Shown: piece by piece, positions 11,008 to 25,427 of the stretch | How positions within the stretch are numbered: position 1 is the first letter of the stretch | Layout: every line of letters starts with the position of its first letter | Assembly: GCA_964016885.1 (NCBI GenBank) | Contig: OZ024746.1 | Span: 66,960,001-67,024,000, forward strand | DNA: 64,000 bases | Reading direction: 5' to 3' | Source: Eledone cirrhosa | Taxonomy: Eukaryota | Program-made: the position numbers and the translations under genes | The notes under the pieces: generated by a model | Databases searched by the model: none | What the model was told of the DNA's origin: nothing | Seen by the model: only the letters and a program-made list of their open reading frames with translations

Positions 11008-14000
11008 ATATATATGTATGTATGTATATATATATTTATGTATGTATATATGTATGTATATATGTATGTATATGCGTGTATCCGTATATATGTGTGTGTA
11101 TGTAATACAGAATCATTGTAAAAATATTCCTCACCACTAACATTGCTCAATATAATTTTTAAGAATCAAAATAATCCATATCGGAAATTGGTAATAGTCA
11201 ATGATAAACATTTCTTATTTTTGTCTATGCAGAGTACATATTTATTTTTCTGATCGAAACATCCCCACCGCTTTGAAAATAAATTTGAATATATATCCTA
11301 CTTTTTTTCTAAGTGTAAACCATTCATGATTATTGTATATTGCATTTGTTCTTCTCTATAATCATACGTATTTATATTTTTGTTTTCGTCTGAATGTTGC
11401 TGCTTATCTCTTTGCAATCTTCTTCCTATTGTATTCCATATTACGTTTATTGATTGTTACAATCAAAAGCTATCTTTACCGCATTTTCTAGCATTAATGG
11501 TCGTAATTTTATATCTAAGCAGTCAAATAAGCCTCTCACATTATATGTGAAAGTAAATAGCTGTAGGCAGAAAAAGGCCAAATTTATGCCGTTATGTTAG
11601 TGAATAAAAGATACGTAATATATATAATAGAAACTAATGAATTCCTAAAACAAATGAAAAGGGGAACAGGTTGCAGTAAATGCTTTCAATTTTTTTTTCG
11701 GTTGTTTTGTTTTCTTTACACATATATTTTTTTCTATAGCAATGAACTCTGCTCTTTTAAATTGATGCTGGCATTTTAAAATTCGGATAGCTTCTAAGAT
11801 AAATAAATGATCAGCAAAGCACATTGTCTACTTATATACGAAAGGAATAAGTTCGTCAAACAAAATCTTATTTGACAAGTCTATCCGGTTTAAGTAACGT
11901 TTAGCATGTTCCTTTAACTTGACCTTTCCATGTTGAAATCATGTTTTCCGGCAGTCAAAAAGAAACATCAACAATAATCTTCGTTTACAAATTTTTTTAT
12001 ATTTTTATTTACGAGTATTTCTTTTTTCTGAATTTAAATAGTATGAATGATTCCACTTGCAAACAATACATACTAACTGCCTTGTTATATATTTGGTATT
12101 TTGCGCAACTTTTGGAACTCGCAATTTAAACAAATAAAATCGATTTATTTTTACTAAATATTCCTTGGAGAGATAACAATAAACCAGTTTCAGTAGAAAA
12201 GAAATATATAGAATCGTGTTTACTTTCACGAAATATACAGTTTCGAGTAATTTTTTTTTTCATTATCCAGTTTTGATTTTAAATTTCTCCCATGTTGAAC
12301 AAAAATAATGATTATAAAATCAATTGAATATCTATCTCATTTTAAATAACTTACACAAGGTGAATTAAAAGTGTTTGAAGCACAACAAAAAAGAATTTCG
12401 CAAATAGTAAGCTCAGTAAAATTATAGCAACGTTTCCAATTATCGTAAGTTCATATCCTCCTCATGCAGTTCATTCAAACTTTTTAGCAACGTAATGGAA
12501 ATTTCATAATTGATTCGGCACCACCGTTACAGTAGTCCAGGTTCATTCAGTGAATATATTGGTGGTATATTCCACCCATGTCCAAATTGTATCTACATAA
12601 ACGTGTCAACTACACGGATTGGTTGTGGAAAACAGCGCTATTACATTGAATACACTGTTTCCAATTATTAATTAGGATCAGCGAAAAGGAAATGTAACTC
12701 TTCATGCACACATATACATACAAACACACACAAACACAAACAATAATATATCGTCGTAGCCACATTGTACGGGTGGCTGAATATGTTGCAGACAAATCAA
12801 TCACTCTCAAATGAAACAGCATTACCTGAAGTAAAGAACAATGGACTGTGTAATGTAGTGTTAGATTCTACTAGAGAAGATGATATGATCAGGAAATTTC
12901 TTCAACATTTTATCAATTACATTTTCAGTTCTGTCATGCCTACATATTGATAGAAAATCGAGCGTTAGTGTTTCTACGTCATTCATTATATACGCAATAA
13001 AGAAAGCAACTATTTCGTACTTTGCTTCGTTAAATTGGCGGTGAAATAACAAATCTGTGAAACATAAATAAAAAAGAAAGCGCAGTATCAGATTTCTGGT
13101 CGAATATTCTCCAAACGATCACAAAACGAATTCTGTATTTTCTGTTTGTTTCATTATGCTTGACTGTAGTATCTACCTACACACACAAATAAAATGCGTA
13201 GGTGAAGAAGCTAAACAACAGTCATAAAATCATTCCTATAAATTTTTTACAGAAGCAGACAACTCACCATCTAGTATTATATTTAGATCCAGAATATACA
13301 ACGGATTTGCTCGACAGCTAAACGCATTTGGTCATACAACCACGGATTACCTTCATTTAGGTTACAACACAACCAACAACAAACAGCAATTGAGTGAATT
13401 TCACACATGATAATTCAACTGATTAGCAATACATAATATAGAACACCTACCGATTAATGTTCTTCACGAAAAAAATAGAATATTTTAAAACTCATAAGAA
13501 TATTTATCCTTTCTTCTGCATGTAATACAATGTATGATTACAAATTGTTTCAAATATATTGTGATTAAATCTTTGATTAATCATTGGAAACATAACATTT
13601 TAGTCATCTCTATTGATTGAATTTATTTCCAAAGTTTGGTAAAAATATTGTTTTTCATACTTGAGTTTATAAAGAATCAATGTCTAATTATGCTAGATTC
13701 AGCTACCACAACTTAATTAATGCAAGAAACTATTCCCAGTATTCTGATATAATTTTCCTTTATCCTCGATTTCTAACGAGTTCATTAGAACGCACTTTGG
13801 AGGGGCGGTATTTGAAACGTTATATTATTCAATATATTATTCATTGTTAACTTTTACTCCATTCAACCACCCTTTGAATTATATTAACTTCACAAAACAA
13901 ACATTAAATTTTAAAAAACCTAAGATATATTTTAAGACCAAAAAAAAAATAAAAACGAAAAATATATGATTGAATAAATCAGCTGCAATGCGGCATTTCT

Positions 14001-14584
14001 GACCCTCCAATTAATGCGTATGGAATGTGTTTGTTGTTTTATAAAATATGAATTGATAAGTTATTCCTAGCAAAGAGACAAATATAATAGCTGTTGTCAA
14101 ATTGTAAATTTAACCCCCATTCTATAATGTAATTATAGCAATAATATAGAAAACACAGTTGATTGTCCAATCTAAAAATTAATGTTTAATGTTTAGATAC
14201 AAATTTGCAACGCCATCTGTTTCTGTGATCAAAGCCTTTGACTAGATGTTCAGAACAAACACAGATATAATTAAAGTTTAATTACTAGAGCGAAATCTTT
14301 CCTACATCAGTTCAAATATAAAATCAAAACAGTATCATAATCAAATTTTGCAATAACCATACAGGTACTAACGAAGGTTAATTGATAATGATTTGCATCT
14401 AATAGGAAAATAACGTATGCCTTGTTAAATATCTGAAAACATAGACGTAGTTTGTTTTTATGTTGTTACTTAAGTAAAATAGTTTTAAGCATTAGATATT
14501 CTTTAATATATATTTAAACTAAAGAATTATAATATACTGTAATTTATGATGTCACAAGTTTACTGTAATTTATGGGTGCAATCA

Positions 14585-15826
14585 GCGACATTATACTTAG
14601 GGATATTGGAGGTGGAAATAAAAGAAAACTGTGGAATAACTGCAGAGAGACTTATTGTCAAGTCAAAATATATGATGGAAGCTATCAATGCATGAGTGGT
14701 ATCGCTCCTTTGATATAGCGCAGGAGTTATCACGTGGACAGTAGAAGAGCTAAACAGTTTAGACCGAAAGACAAGAAAGATATTGACTAGATATGGAGTA
14801 TTACACCCAAAGAGGGGCACATGCAGAATATATGTACCAAGAAAATAGGATGAAGCGAACTAATGATGTGCGAAGACAACATTAGCACAGTAGAAAATGA
14901 CATGGCGTGGTATATAAATAACTGCTGTTGCTGGAAGTAAGAAAGTCAGGGATGTGCAAAATACTAGATTGAAAAGAAAAAAAACTGTACAAACATTTGA
15001 AGATGGATGAAACTGAAAGTAGATGGACAGAAAAACATATGTATAGACAATTACATAGAGATATTAAAGATAGGGCAGACAGAGAAAAAAAGGGGGTTAT
15101 GGATGGCTTAAAGTGATCTAAAACTAGAAACAGAAACAGAAGCCTTGATCTTTCCTATTAAGAACAAGCACACCAACTAACTAGACCAAACATGTAGTAG
15201 ACCACATAGCACAAAGTGATGAATGGAGAAATTGTATGGCATATTATCAGTCAATGTACACCATTAGCTCAGATTGTCTATAAGAGATGTCACGACAACA
15301 TAGCAAGAATAGTCCATTGGGCACTTTGTGGAAGATATACGCTTGACAGAGCAGAAACATGTGGTACGAACATAACCATGAGGGATTTATCGAAAATGGT
15401 AATGAAAAGATCCTGTGGAACGTTGTAATACAGTGTGACCAGGAGATTGAGCATAAGAGACCAGATATTTTATTAATTGAGAAAGAAAGCAGATAGATAT
15501 AGCCTGTCCTCTTGATAACAAGGTATGCGATACAGAAGGAAAAATGATAAATAAGTTAGCTTGGGAGGTTAAGCAGTTGCGGTCACTGAAAAAGGTGATG
15601 GTAATACCAATAATACTTCGAGTCTGAGTAACTATGAGTAAAGATCTTGAGAAGTACATAAAAAAATAGTGATTGCAATACGGATAGAACACTTAAAATA
15701 AAACAACATTGCTTGGAACAGTTCCAATAGGGTAGTAAAAAAATAAGGGGTGTTACCGCAGTTAACTGGTAGTGAACAGCTTACACTGTAATACATCTCC
15801 AATGTTAGAAGCTGAGCTAAGACACA
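14585..15826 (+). mobile_element. Degenerate R4/Dong-type non-LTR retrotransposon, 3' part (RT end, zinc finger, REL endonuclease)
   Basis: Translated fragments YLGILE, YSAGVITWTVEELNSLDRKTRKILTRYGVLHPK and HIISQCTPLAQIVYKRCHDNIARIVHWALCGRY, plus an HKRPD motif near 15451-15466. Many stops and frameshifts. Ends in TAA repeats. Confidence 0.85.
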
Positions 15827-15839
15827 ATAATAATAGTAA

Positions 15840-16053
15840 TGGTTTCTGATTTAAGTAGAAGAACAATTGTGGAGAAAAAGTATAGTCGATTAAACCGACT
15901 CCAGTGCATTTCTGGTACTTTATTTTATCGACCCCTTACGAATATAAGGGAAAGCTAACCTCGGCGGGATTTGAACTCAGAACGTAAAGGGATGTATCTA
16001 TATGCCACAGAGCATATTATCCGATGTTCTACCGATACTGCCAATCCACCGCC
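15840..16053 (-). mobile_element. tRNA-derived SINE family 1 (Nin/Deu-like central domain)
   Basis: Minus strand has GGCGGTGGATTGGCAGTATCGG (A box), GAGTTCAAATCC (B box) and GGGGTCGATAAAATAAAGTACCAG. Confidence 0.85.
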
Positions 16054-16062
16054 ATAATACTA

Positions 16063-16247
16063 ATAATTGTTTCTACTTTAGGCACAAGGCCAGCAATTAC
16101 CCAGTGCATTACTGGTACTTTATTTTATCGACCCCGTAAGGATGAAAGGCAAAGTCAACCTCGGCGTGATTTGAACTCAGATCGTAAAGGGACGTAACTA
16201 TGCTGGAAAGCATGGTGCCCGACCCTCTACCGATACTACCAATCCAC
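16063..16247 (-). mobile_element. SINE family 1, tandem copy
   Basis: Same consensus, with GCCTTTCATCCTTACGGGGTCGATAAAATAAAGTACCAG on the minus strand. Confidence 0.88.
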
Positions 16248-16415
16248 AATAATAATAACAATAATGATGATGTTGATGTTAGAGGGGAATTGGTTGTCAT
16301 CGGTGTTGTGATAATGAGGATGATGATACCGACGATGATGGTGATGATGTTGATGATGATGATAGTGGTGGTGGTGCTGGTGTAGGTGATGATGATGTTG
16401 ATGATGATTATGATA
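16248..16415. repeat. Degenerate (AAT)/(GAT)/(GGT) trinucleotide repeat
   Basis: Direct inspection. Confidence 0.8.
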
Positions 16416-16974
16416 AAATTAACTATATAAACATTTGAATATTCTATGAATGTTTCCACCCAAAATAGAACTATCACTTAATATTGCAATGTCTAGCGGC
16501 ATTGCAAGCGTAATATAATGTAAAATGATGACTGCGATCTAGATATACAGCACGCAAAAGAAAATAATTCGAGTGTAAATTCTAGAATACTATTTATTTC
16601 CTCACATTTTAACGTCTAACAGTGCTTGAGAGGTTATCATCAGCATTCGACAACAGTGCTTCAAGTAAGTGATCGTCAAATATTCATGAGTATCCTATAT
16701 ATTATTAGCTAGGATTGATGTTACTTGAAAGCTAGAGCAAGAGATACGAGGTGAGGAGATATTAGCAGAAGAAGTACCTTAAGGCAGAATTTGCTTTTAG
16801 AATCTGTAAATAACATGAACTGAGAAATACGCTATATAAAAACCATTGATTATTTTACCTTCACACCTCAAAATACAACATGAGTTTTCTACTCGCCACA
16901 TTCCCTATACATATATATATATATATATATATGTATAATAATGATATATATATATGTATATATATATGTATATG

Positions 16975-17033
<59 letters not shown>

Positions 17034-17036
17034 ATA

Positions 17037-17124
<88 letters not shown>

Positions 17125-17132
17125 TATATATG

Positions 17133-17203
<71 letters not shown>

Positions 17204-17420
17204 ATGTATATATATATATGTATATATATAATTATATAAGTTCATTATTAAGAGAAAATATAGAAAGCCAATGGGAAATCGTGTGAAACACATATTTCCT
17301 TCTTAGCGAAGGCATAAATACATTTTTGTAAGATCTGCAAATATTTTGGATAAATATTAGTTTAACTACCACCAACAGACACATATACGCACATGCCTGT
17401 ATACATATACATACATATAA

Positions 17421-17475
<55 letters not shown>

Positions 17476-17640
17476 CGGATTTCCGATGCATATCTGGAAG
17501 TGGTGACAGTTAGAGAATAAAGAATGTACTCGATATTATTTATAATAGAAATGCATTCTACAGAAGTAGATTTGTTTCATTAGTATGAAATCACCCACGA
17601 ATCATAGAGTTCTAGTCATGTGGAAGTCATTCATATAATA

Positions 17641-17992
17641 ATAATTGTTTCTACTATTGGCACAAGGCCAGCAATTACCCAGGACATTACTGGTACTTTA
17701 TTTTATCGACCCCGTAAGGATGAAAGGCAAAGTTAACCTCGACGGGATGTGAACTCAGAATGGCAAGGGCCGTAACTCTATGAGTCAAAGCATTCCTATA
17801 ATAATAATGATAATAATTGTTTCTACTTCTGGTACAAGGCCAGCAATTACCCCACTGCATTACTAGTGCTTTATGTTATCGATCCCGTAAGGATGAAAAG
17901 CAAACTTAACCTCGGCAGGATTTGAACTCAGAACGTAAATGGTCATAACTCTACGATGCAAAGCATAGTGCCTGATGCTCTACTGATACTGC
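17641..17992 (-). mobile_element. Two tandem SINE family 1 copies (about 17641-17793 and 17813-17992)
   Basis: Both begin ataattgtttctact..caaggccagcaattaccc on + and match the consensus. Confidence 0.85.
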
Positions 17993-18709
17993 TAAATATG
18001 TGTGTGTGTATGAGGAAGTGTGTGTGAGTGTATGTGTGTGTTTGAGTATCTATGTGTGGAGAGAGTGAGAATGAGATAGAGAGATAGATAGATAGATGTG
18101 TGCTCGTAAGATATAAATTTCTACAAAAATATCTATTTGGCTTTACATATACTTTTGTTATATCTTTACCTATATCACTGACCGATCTCTCTCTCTCTCT
18201 CTATCTCTATGTATCTATTTCTCTCTCTCTTTTTCTCCCTCTCTCTTTCTTTCTCTTTCTCTCAGTAAAACTATATGTGTAGCTGTCTGATTCTTTTGTG
18301 TGGCCTGCCTTATTAATCTATACCTTGGTTTTTGTTAGGCTTTTGTCAGATATATTAATATATAATTACAGGCTTGATAAGGTAGGTGGTCTGTAGAGAA
18401 ACAAATTTATTTATTGTGATGTAAAAATTTGCAAACTATAATTATATTTCTCTCGATGCACCTATCAATTACACATGAAGACAATTTCTTTCCACATTCA
18501 AATCAATTTATATTTTCATTTAGATAAGGTATGGAAGAATCTTTTTCATTTTTTCATTATTTTATCGAGTAAATAGCAATGGTATATCGACCTTTACTGG
18601 AAAGTTAATTGCGGTCTTATTTTATTACATTTTTTTTTACGTTAAGAAAATATCTGCTCAAAATAATTCATAATTTATAATTCTTCTTCTCGCCTGAAAT
18701 GTTCTGCTA

Positions 18710-19545
18710 AAGAACGTGTCGCAGGTTGCGGATAAGGATACGGTGACTAGATATGATATTTACTTGCGATATATTCGGGCTCCTGTTGGACGGTTAAGCA
18801 ATACCGAACCAAATCCCCGTAAGCTACTTGTGGGTATGAAGCAAATGGTTATAATGTTAGTACCTAAGAAATATCTCACAACTCAGCGATGAAGTTGCTA
18901 CGAGGTAAGCAAAGGCGGCCGCTAAAACAGCTTAGCCTCCAGTTCTGAGAATAGCACCAAATTGGTAACTCGCACGAATATGACCATCAACAGCTGCAGC
19001 ATGGCCAGATGTAATAAAACAATCATACCGCATCATCCTTCACCTAGGGTAAGAAGCGATAAAGTCGAGCTTTATGTAAGAGGGTATATTAGCAAAATAT
19101 ATTGTAGTCTCCATCCAACGTCGTAAAAACTAGCGATTGGCCTGCGGACTGTCCTGGGTGCCGTATGATGGACGCATAAAGCGGAGTATTCCGAGACACA
19201 GCGTCTGAAGTGGGCAAACATTAATAACTGACAACTTGAGCATTGCAATCCTTACAAGCAAAAAGCAGGAACTAGCATAGGAGAGAAGATGCTACCGGTT
19301 AAAGAATCAGGGTCTCCTAATGAAGTTCCCAGGTTCTGATACTGTAGATTTGTTTGGAGGTTGGAAAGTCCACTATTCCGTGTGGTGCCAGAATTGAATG
19401 TACAACCGGAATGTAGTATCGACTGAGAATGCACAATCGGAATATAGTATTGATTAGATCACATTAGGGGGGAGGATTTGCCCCTTGAAGCTTAGACTGA
19501 AAGATAGGACTCTGTGGATGGTGAAACGTTATTGAGAGATCGAAT
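18710..19545 (+). mobile_element. Possible degenerate RTE-like LINE remnant
   Basis: Higher-GC segment starting cgtgtcgcaggttgcggataagga..agatatg, which resembles RTE-related 5' regions. No clean ORF. Confidence 0.3.
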
Positions 19546-20859
19546 ACAGATCATTTCTTGATGAAATCACTGTAGCGTTAAATTTAGTTAAGAGTGAGGT
19601 ATATATCCTGATGGGAGGATTCATTTCACATCATTCGGAACGTGAGGCTCAACACACTAATGGCATGTAACCACATATATCTGATGTCTAACAACAATCT
19701 CTACATGGGTAACTAGATTTTGTAAATGTAACAACACTGTAATCGCAAATTTATTCTGGTCGAAGATGAAACGGTTTTAGTTAATTTGCGTCTGTAATAC
19801 TATCGTGAAAAACAAAAATGAGATGGATATGACAACTTTCCGTATCTCCTCGTTGTAAGACTAAATCTTTCATTTTATATATTATAATCGATGATCAGAG
19901 AGCAATTTTTACCTTTTAAATACATTCTCGGTAACATGAAATTACCATTATATATGTGGGTGAATGATTGAATCGATAAAATAACATATTAACACAATTC
20001 TAATATTTCCGGACGCCACTTCATTGTCCTTCTTTCCTAGGTCGATAAACAAATATCGGTCGTGTAATGGATGTGATTTAATCATTTGTTGCTGCCCTAA
20101 TGTTATAAATGTATATTTCAAACACATTACTTTCTTTACAAAAGTGTAATAATTGCTGAAATGTCTACGTCATTTGTTTACTACATGTGTGCCTCGTAGT
20201 AATACCGTTTATGACCAGTGTTGCTTGTATATGTATGGAAAAAGAACATTACTTATATTGAACATTCTATTGTGTTATAGTTACACCTACCTTTCATATC
20301 TCTTTCTTTGTTCTTTAGTTTTCAAAGAATATTTTTTTTATAATTCTGTATTATATTCAACACGATTTTATTCATCATTGTCATAGTAATAATAATGCCT
20401 TTAAAATACCTAAGATTTTTAGGGGGTGAAGCTGTAGCCCATTTAATGAAAGCCAGTCCTATTTCGTCGAGGTCTAAACTTGAAATTTACAGTAGATATT
20501 TCGATTTAAGTATAAAAATGAATTATAGATAGGATATGGAGAATCTCACCAGGCCACCCATTGTTAATGCCCTAGAGGAAACGACAAGGTAGGCTAGATA
20601 CATAGCAAATATTGGCTTAATTTATCTAAATGTAAATCATAATAAGAAGGTCTGATTATAAAAACACAGGTCCAATGCTTATTGTAAAAATATGACCCTT
20701 CGATGTAAAAATAAAGATGAAATGGTAACAATCATCTGCTGAACGTTTCCCATCAGGACAGAAAACGAATTTCCTGTACATTGATAGACATCTTAGGTTC
20801 TTATGTCCAAAGTATTGCTTGGAAACTGATTGAAAACTATCAATTTACAAGATAATTGA

Positions 20860-21620
20860 GCAATAGAAATAGCTACAGAGCCAATTCTAAAAATAGATAT
20901 AACAGAATAAAACCAAATAATCTACGACAAAATATGTGTAACAAGCAAAACCTCTCGAATGAACACATAGGAGAAAACGAGAGGGAAATAAATAAAATGT
21001 TTAGAAACGAAATTTCAATATGTTAACTGACAAGGGAAAAAGGAACAGCGTTTTCACTAGGGTTTTACGATGTCCTCAAAGTATTAATTCAACAAATGAA
21101 AAGTAAAACGTGGAGAATAAAGAGACATGAAAAGCCAAACGGATACTTCAAGCATGATAATATGTTTCCCGAAGATGAAAGAAGACTTACAAGGAGCAGC
21201 AATACGATTCAAGTAGAGGATCCACAAAATGAAGAAGTATAAAATCATAATAGTTAAAACTTGGGAAAAATCCATAAAGTGTAAAGTGTAAAGTGTCCAA
21301 GAGATCAAATATATATATCAAATCAGGTGGAACCTGGGGAATCTGAAAATAGCATTGCTGAAATTACAATGGAAGCCACAAAAGTGAAATGCAATAGGAA
21401 ATCAGTAAGGTATTCAAGTTTCTATATGAAATAACTACAATGCCTCACACAAAATATGCCCAACGTAATATGGTTTTAATTTCAAATCATCGTGCCAAAT
21501 CTCAAAGAGACTCTAACAACTATAGGGAGTCGCACTCCTTACTATCTTCCAGAATAACTTAATCCCAACACATAACATATATTTCAACAGCTTGAACAAG
21601 TGGCCCCTTTTCTGAAAAAG
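20860..21620 (+). mobile_element. Highly degenerate non-LTR fragment, probably R4/Dong pre-RT and RT start
   Basis: A-rich coding-like strand with a remnant of the NWKxPG..IQGFW.K.L..LH motif near 21392-21450. Confidence 0.35.
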
Positions 21621-22043
21621 TGATACCTTTCGAAAGAAATGGGTAACAGAAAGAATAATTGCAAGAATAAATTTAGAATATGTATTGAATCCTCTCCACT
21701 ACCAAATTCCCTAATTGCTTATATAAACTGGTTTGAGACAACCTATAGGGTAACGAATAACACGAAAAATCATAGACAAGGGAAGAAAGGAGAGACAAAA
21801 AGCCTTAGTCTTCTAAACATGCATATATTCCCAGAGATATCTTCCGTATCCTAATACCAAGCTAGAAAACTACTGTGTAGAATGTGGCGGCAAAACGACT
21901 GTACCATCCATGGATACTAAATAACAACTTCAAATTGATTCTGGCTAAGTCAGATGTTGTAACAAGGTTCCTGTCTAAATTCACACTTCATTGGAAAATA
22001 TGAACGATAATGGACAAGGATTATGAGAGTGATGACAAGAATA

Positions 22044-22235
22044 ATAATTGTTTCTACTTTTGGCACCAGGCCAGCAATTATCCTAGTGCATTACTGGTAC
22101 TTTATTATATCGACACCGTAAGGATGAAAGGTAAAGTTAACCTCGGAGGGATTTGAAGTCAGATCATAACGGGAGGTAACTCTATACTTCAAAGCATGGC
22201 GCCCGACCCTCTACCGATACTGCCAATCCACCGCC
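22044..22235 (-). mobile_element. SINE family 1
   Basis: Full-length match ending actgccaatccaccgcc on +. Confidence 0.88.
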
Positions 22236-22247
22236 CTTGACAAGGAT

Positions 22248-22348
22248 AACTACTAGGACTACTACTACTGCTGTTACTACTACTACTACTACTACTAATA
22301 CTAGTACTACTGCTGCTGCTGCTGCTACAACTACTACCACTACTACTA

Positions 22349-22384
<36 letters not shown>

Positions 22385-22412
22385 TTACTACTACTACCAC
22401 TACTACTGCTGT

Positions 22413-22491
<79 letters not shown>

Positions 22492-22540
22492 GCTTCTGCT
22501 GCTGCTACTGCTACTGGTATTATTACTACCACCACAACCA

Positions 22541-22617
<77 letters not shown>

Positions 22618-22732
22618 GCTGCTACTACTACTACAACTATTACTGCTGTTACTACGACTAATATTAATACTAATACTACTGCTGCCGTTGCTACTACTAC
22701 TAGTACTACTGCTGCTGCTGCTACTGCTGCTG

Positions 22733-22773
<41 letters not shown>
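22248..22773. repeat. About 525 bp (ACT)n/(GCT)n trinucleotide microsatellite
   Basis: Direct inspection. It produces the poly-Thr and poly-Val pseudo-ORFs. Confidence 0.95.
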
Positions 22774-22774
<1 letters not shown>

Positions 22775-23122
22775 ATGACCTTAAAACGAAAATGTTTATG
22801 AAAGTATTAAAAGAAGGGTTTTCTTTGATGATCAACAATTGTTTACTCTTAACAGTAGTTATGCATTTATTTAAATATGTGTCCACCTTTCTTTATGGTA
22901 TACATTTGTAGCTTCTTTCTAATCATTTAAAATCTACCAATATGGCAGGTTCTCCTGTCGCTGTTAAACAGTGAAAAACGAGAAGCCAGCGCTCATTTAA
23001 TTTTCTTTGTTATTTTATTTTTGTTTCCCTCGAGACGGTCTAAAAACAAATATCAGATATCAGCTTACATCTACTATTTGAATACTCAATAAACCAATCT
23101 ATTACCATATTTTTTTCTCATG

Positions 23123-23238
<116 letters not shown>

Positions 23239-23916
23239 TGCACGAGTGTGCGTGTGTGTGGTGTGTGTTTGTGTGTGCTTGTCAGTGTGTTTGTGTGTTT
23301 GGCTTGTGTGTTTTTGTATGTGTGTGTGTGTGCATGTGTGGGTGTTTATGTATATAACACATACATATATGTGTGTGTGTATTTTCGTGTGTGTTTGAGT
23401 GTAAGTGAATGTATGCTTGTAAAGATAATAAACAGCTACCATTAGATGACAAATACTGTGGCATAAAGATTTCAGATACAAAATTGACGCAGAATATACC
23501 TTCTTTTTTTTTATGGAATTGTTGGAGGCTTTTAAAGAATGTTACTATTATTGATAATATGGTTTGCTCTTCACTCATCCATCGATCATACCAGTCACCA
23601 AAGAAAAAAAGAATTCTCAAAGTTGAGTAATTTGCTTACATTTAGATTTTTTAAATACAAAATAACTTCCACGTTTGCTTTAGAGAAGATAAAAAAAGTT
23701 TCTGCGTTATTTTGTTATTGTGGCTTCAATGCCCGTGGACATTTTATTTTCCGATGCAATTTATGACCATTAACGTTTGATATAATGACACAAGAATACA
23801 CACGTATATACATACCTTCATACATACATACATACATGCATACATACATACGTACAATATATACATACACATACAAACACACGCACACACATACAAACAC
23901 ACGCACACACACACAT

Positions 23917-23999
<83 letters not shown>

Positions 24000-24114
24000 A
24001 ATATAGATATATACAAGGTGTTCCAAAAACAGCATTCTAATCAAAGAGTGTATATATTTTGGGGGAACACCCTATACATACATAAATATATATATATGTG
24101 TGTATATATGAAAA

Positions 24115-24156
24115 AGTATGACCCCGACGGCAGAGCTCAAGCCGTTTCGACGGCTA
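24115..24156 (-). repeat. Family B fragment (HHR stem III region)
   Basis: gaccccgacggcagagctcaagccgtttcgacggcta matches 31565-31597. Confidence 0.75.
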
Positions 24157-24225
24157 TCGGTAGATAGAAAGGGAAATAAAAGAAGAAATAGAAAAATGAA
24201 GGAGCTTGAGAATCGGAAGAAACAT

Positions 24226-24433
24226 ATAATTGTTTCTACTTTTGGCACAATGCCAGCAAATGTTACCAGTACATTACTGGTACTTTATTTTATCGACCCC
24301 GTAAGGATGAAAGGCAAAGTTGACCTCGGCGGGATTTGAACTCAGAATGGAAAGGGCCGTAACTCTATGCGTCAAAGCATGACGTCCGACCCTCTACCGA
24401 TACTGGCCTTGTGCCAACTGTAGAAACAATTAT
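24226..24433 (-). mobile_element. SINE family 1 with an inverted copy of its own tail at its 5' end
   Basis: Consensus match at 24226-24404, then ctggccttgtgccaactgtagaaacaattat, the reverse complement of the tail. Confidence 0.8.
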
Positions 24434-25230
24434 TTAACGCTGTTGTATTAACTAAAATAAATCGCGGACGGAATTATGTGAGGACGAGATCGTATAATGT
24501 CCATGATATAATTGTTGTTTTACCCTTTTTATCCATTCGTATAAAATTTTAGATAACTTAAACTCTCCACACATACATACTCACACAAGCGGAAACCCGC
24601 CCAGGTGGTGGTATTTCTGCTAGTATTTTATGCATGTGTGCGTATGTGACCATGTATGTCTGTCAGTTTACTTTTTTTGTATTAAGCACCATTACGGTTC
24701 GACAATAAACGTGCGAGAGAATAAATACTAAGACCAGAATTATGTACTTATTCTATTCAAAGCTGCGCTCCAGCAAGGGAGCTGTCCAATAACTGAAGCC
24801 AGTAAAAGAGTTCAAGAAAACAAAATATATAATTGTGACCCTGGATCTGCATGGAAAATCTATCCCTTCTTATTAGAGTATTACAATACTTCAGCTTCAA
24901 CCAGCTTGTGACTCTTTAAAACCCTCATTGAAAAAAACACAATGGGCCACTGTTCCCACATTTAGAATAGTGCTGCAGCTACACACAAACATATCTGAGA
25001 CCCCATCCAGAGAAGGCTTCTTATCTGATTTGCATTTATTAGCTTATATATAAGCTAGCATCTGGCCCATAAATAATCTGGCAATTTCTGATGCTGTTAT
25101 GGAACTCGCTGTTGAAACAGCAATACATCAGCCGTCAGGCCCCCGAATCTTTATAATATACACTACTATCCTAAGTATTGAGTAATATGTTCAGTAATAG
25201 TTTAACTAGTTTAAAATTGCTTCTATCCTG

Positions 25231-25276
<46 letters not shown>

Positions 25277-25283
25277 GTATATA

Positions 25284-25347
<64 letters not shown>

Positions 25348-25382
25348 GATAGAACCAGCTTAAAACATATATATATATATAT

Positions 25383-25421
<39 letters not shown>

Positions 25422-25427
<6 letters not shown>

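Noticed and set aside
13262-13360. Minus-strand donor-like GTGAGT and possible exon
   Set aside because: No supportable ORF or acceptor. Such motifs occur by chance.
22237-22911. 224 aa poly-Thr, mucin-like ORF
   Set aside because: It is an (ACT)n microsatellite next to a SINE, with no signal peptide or splice context.
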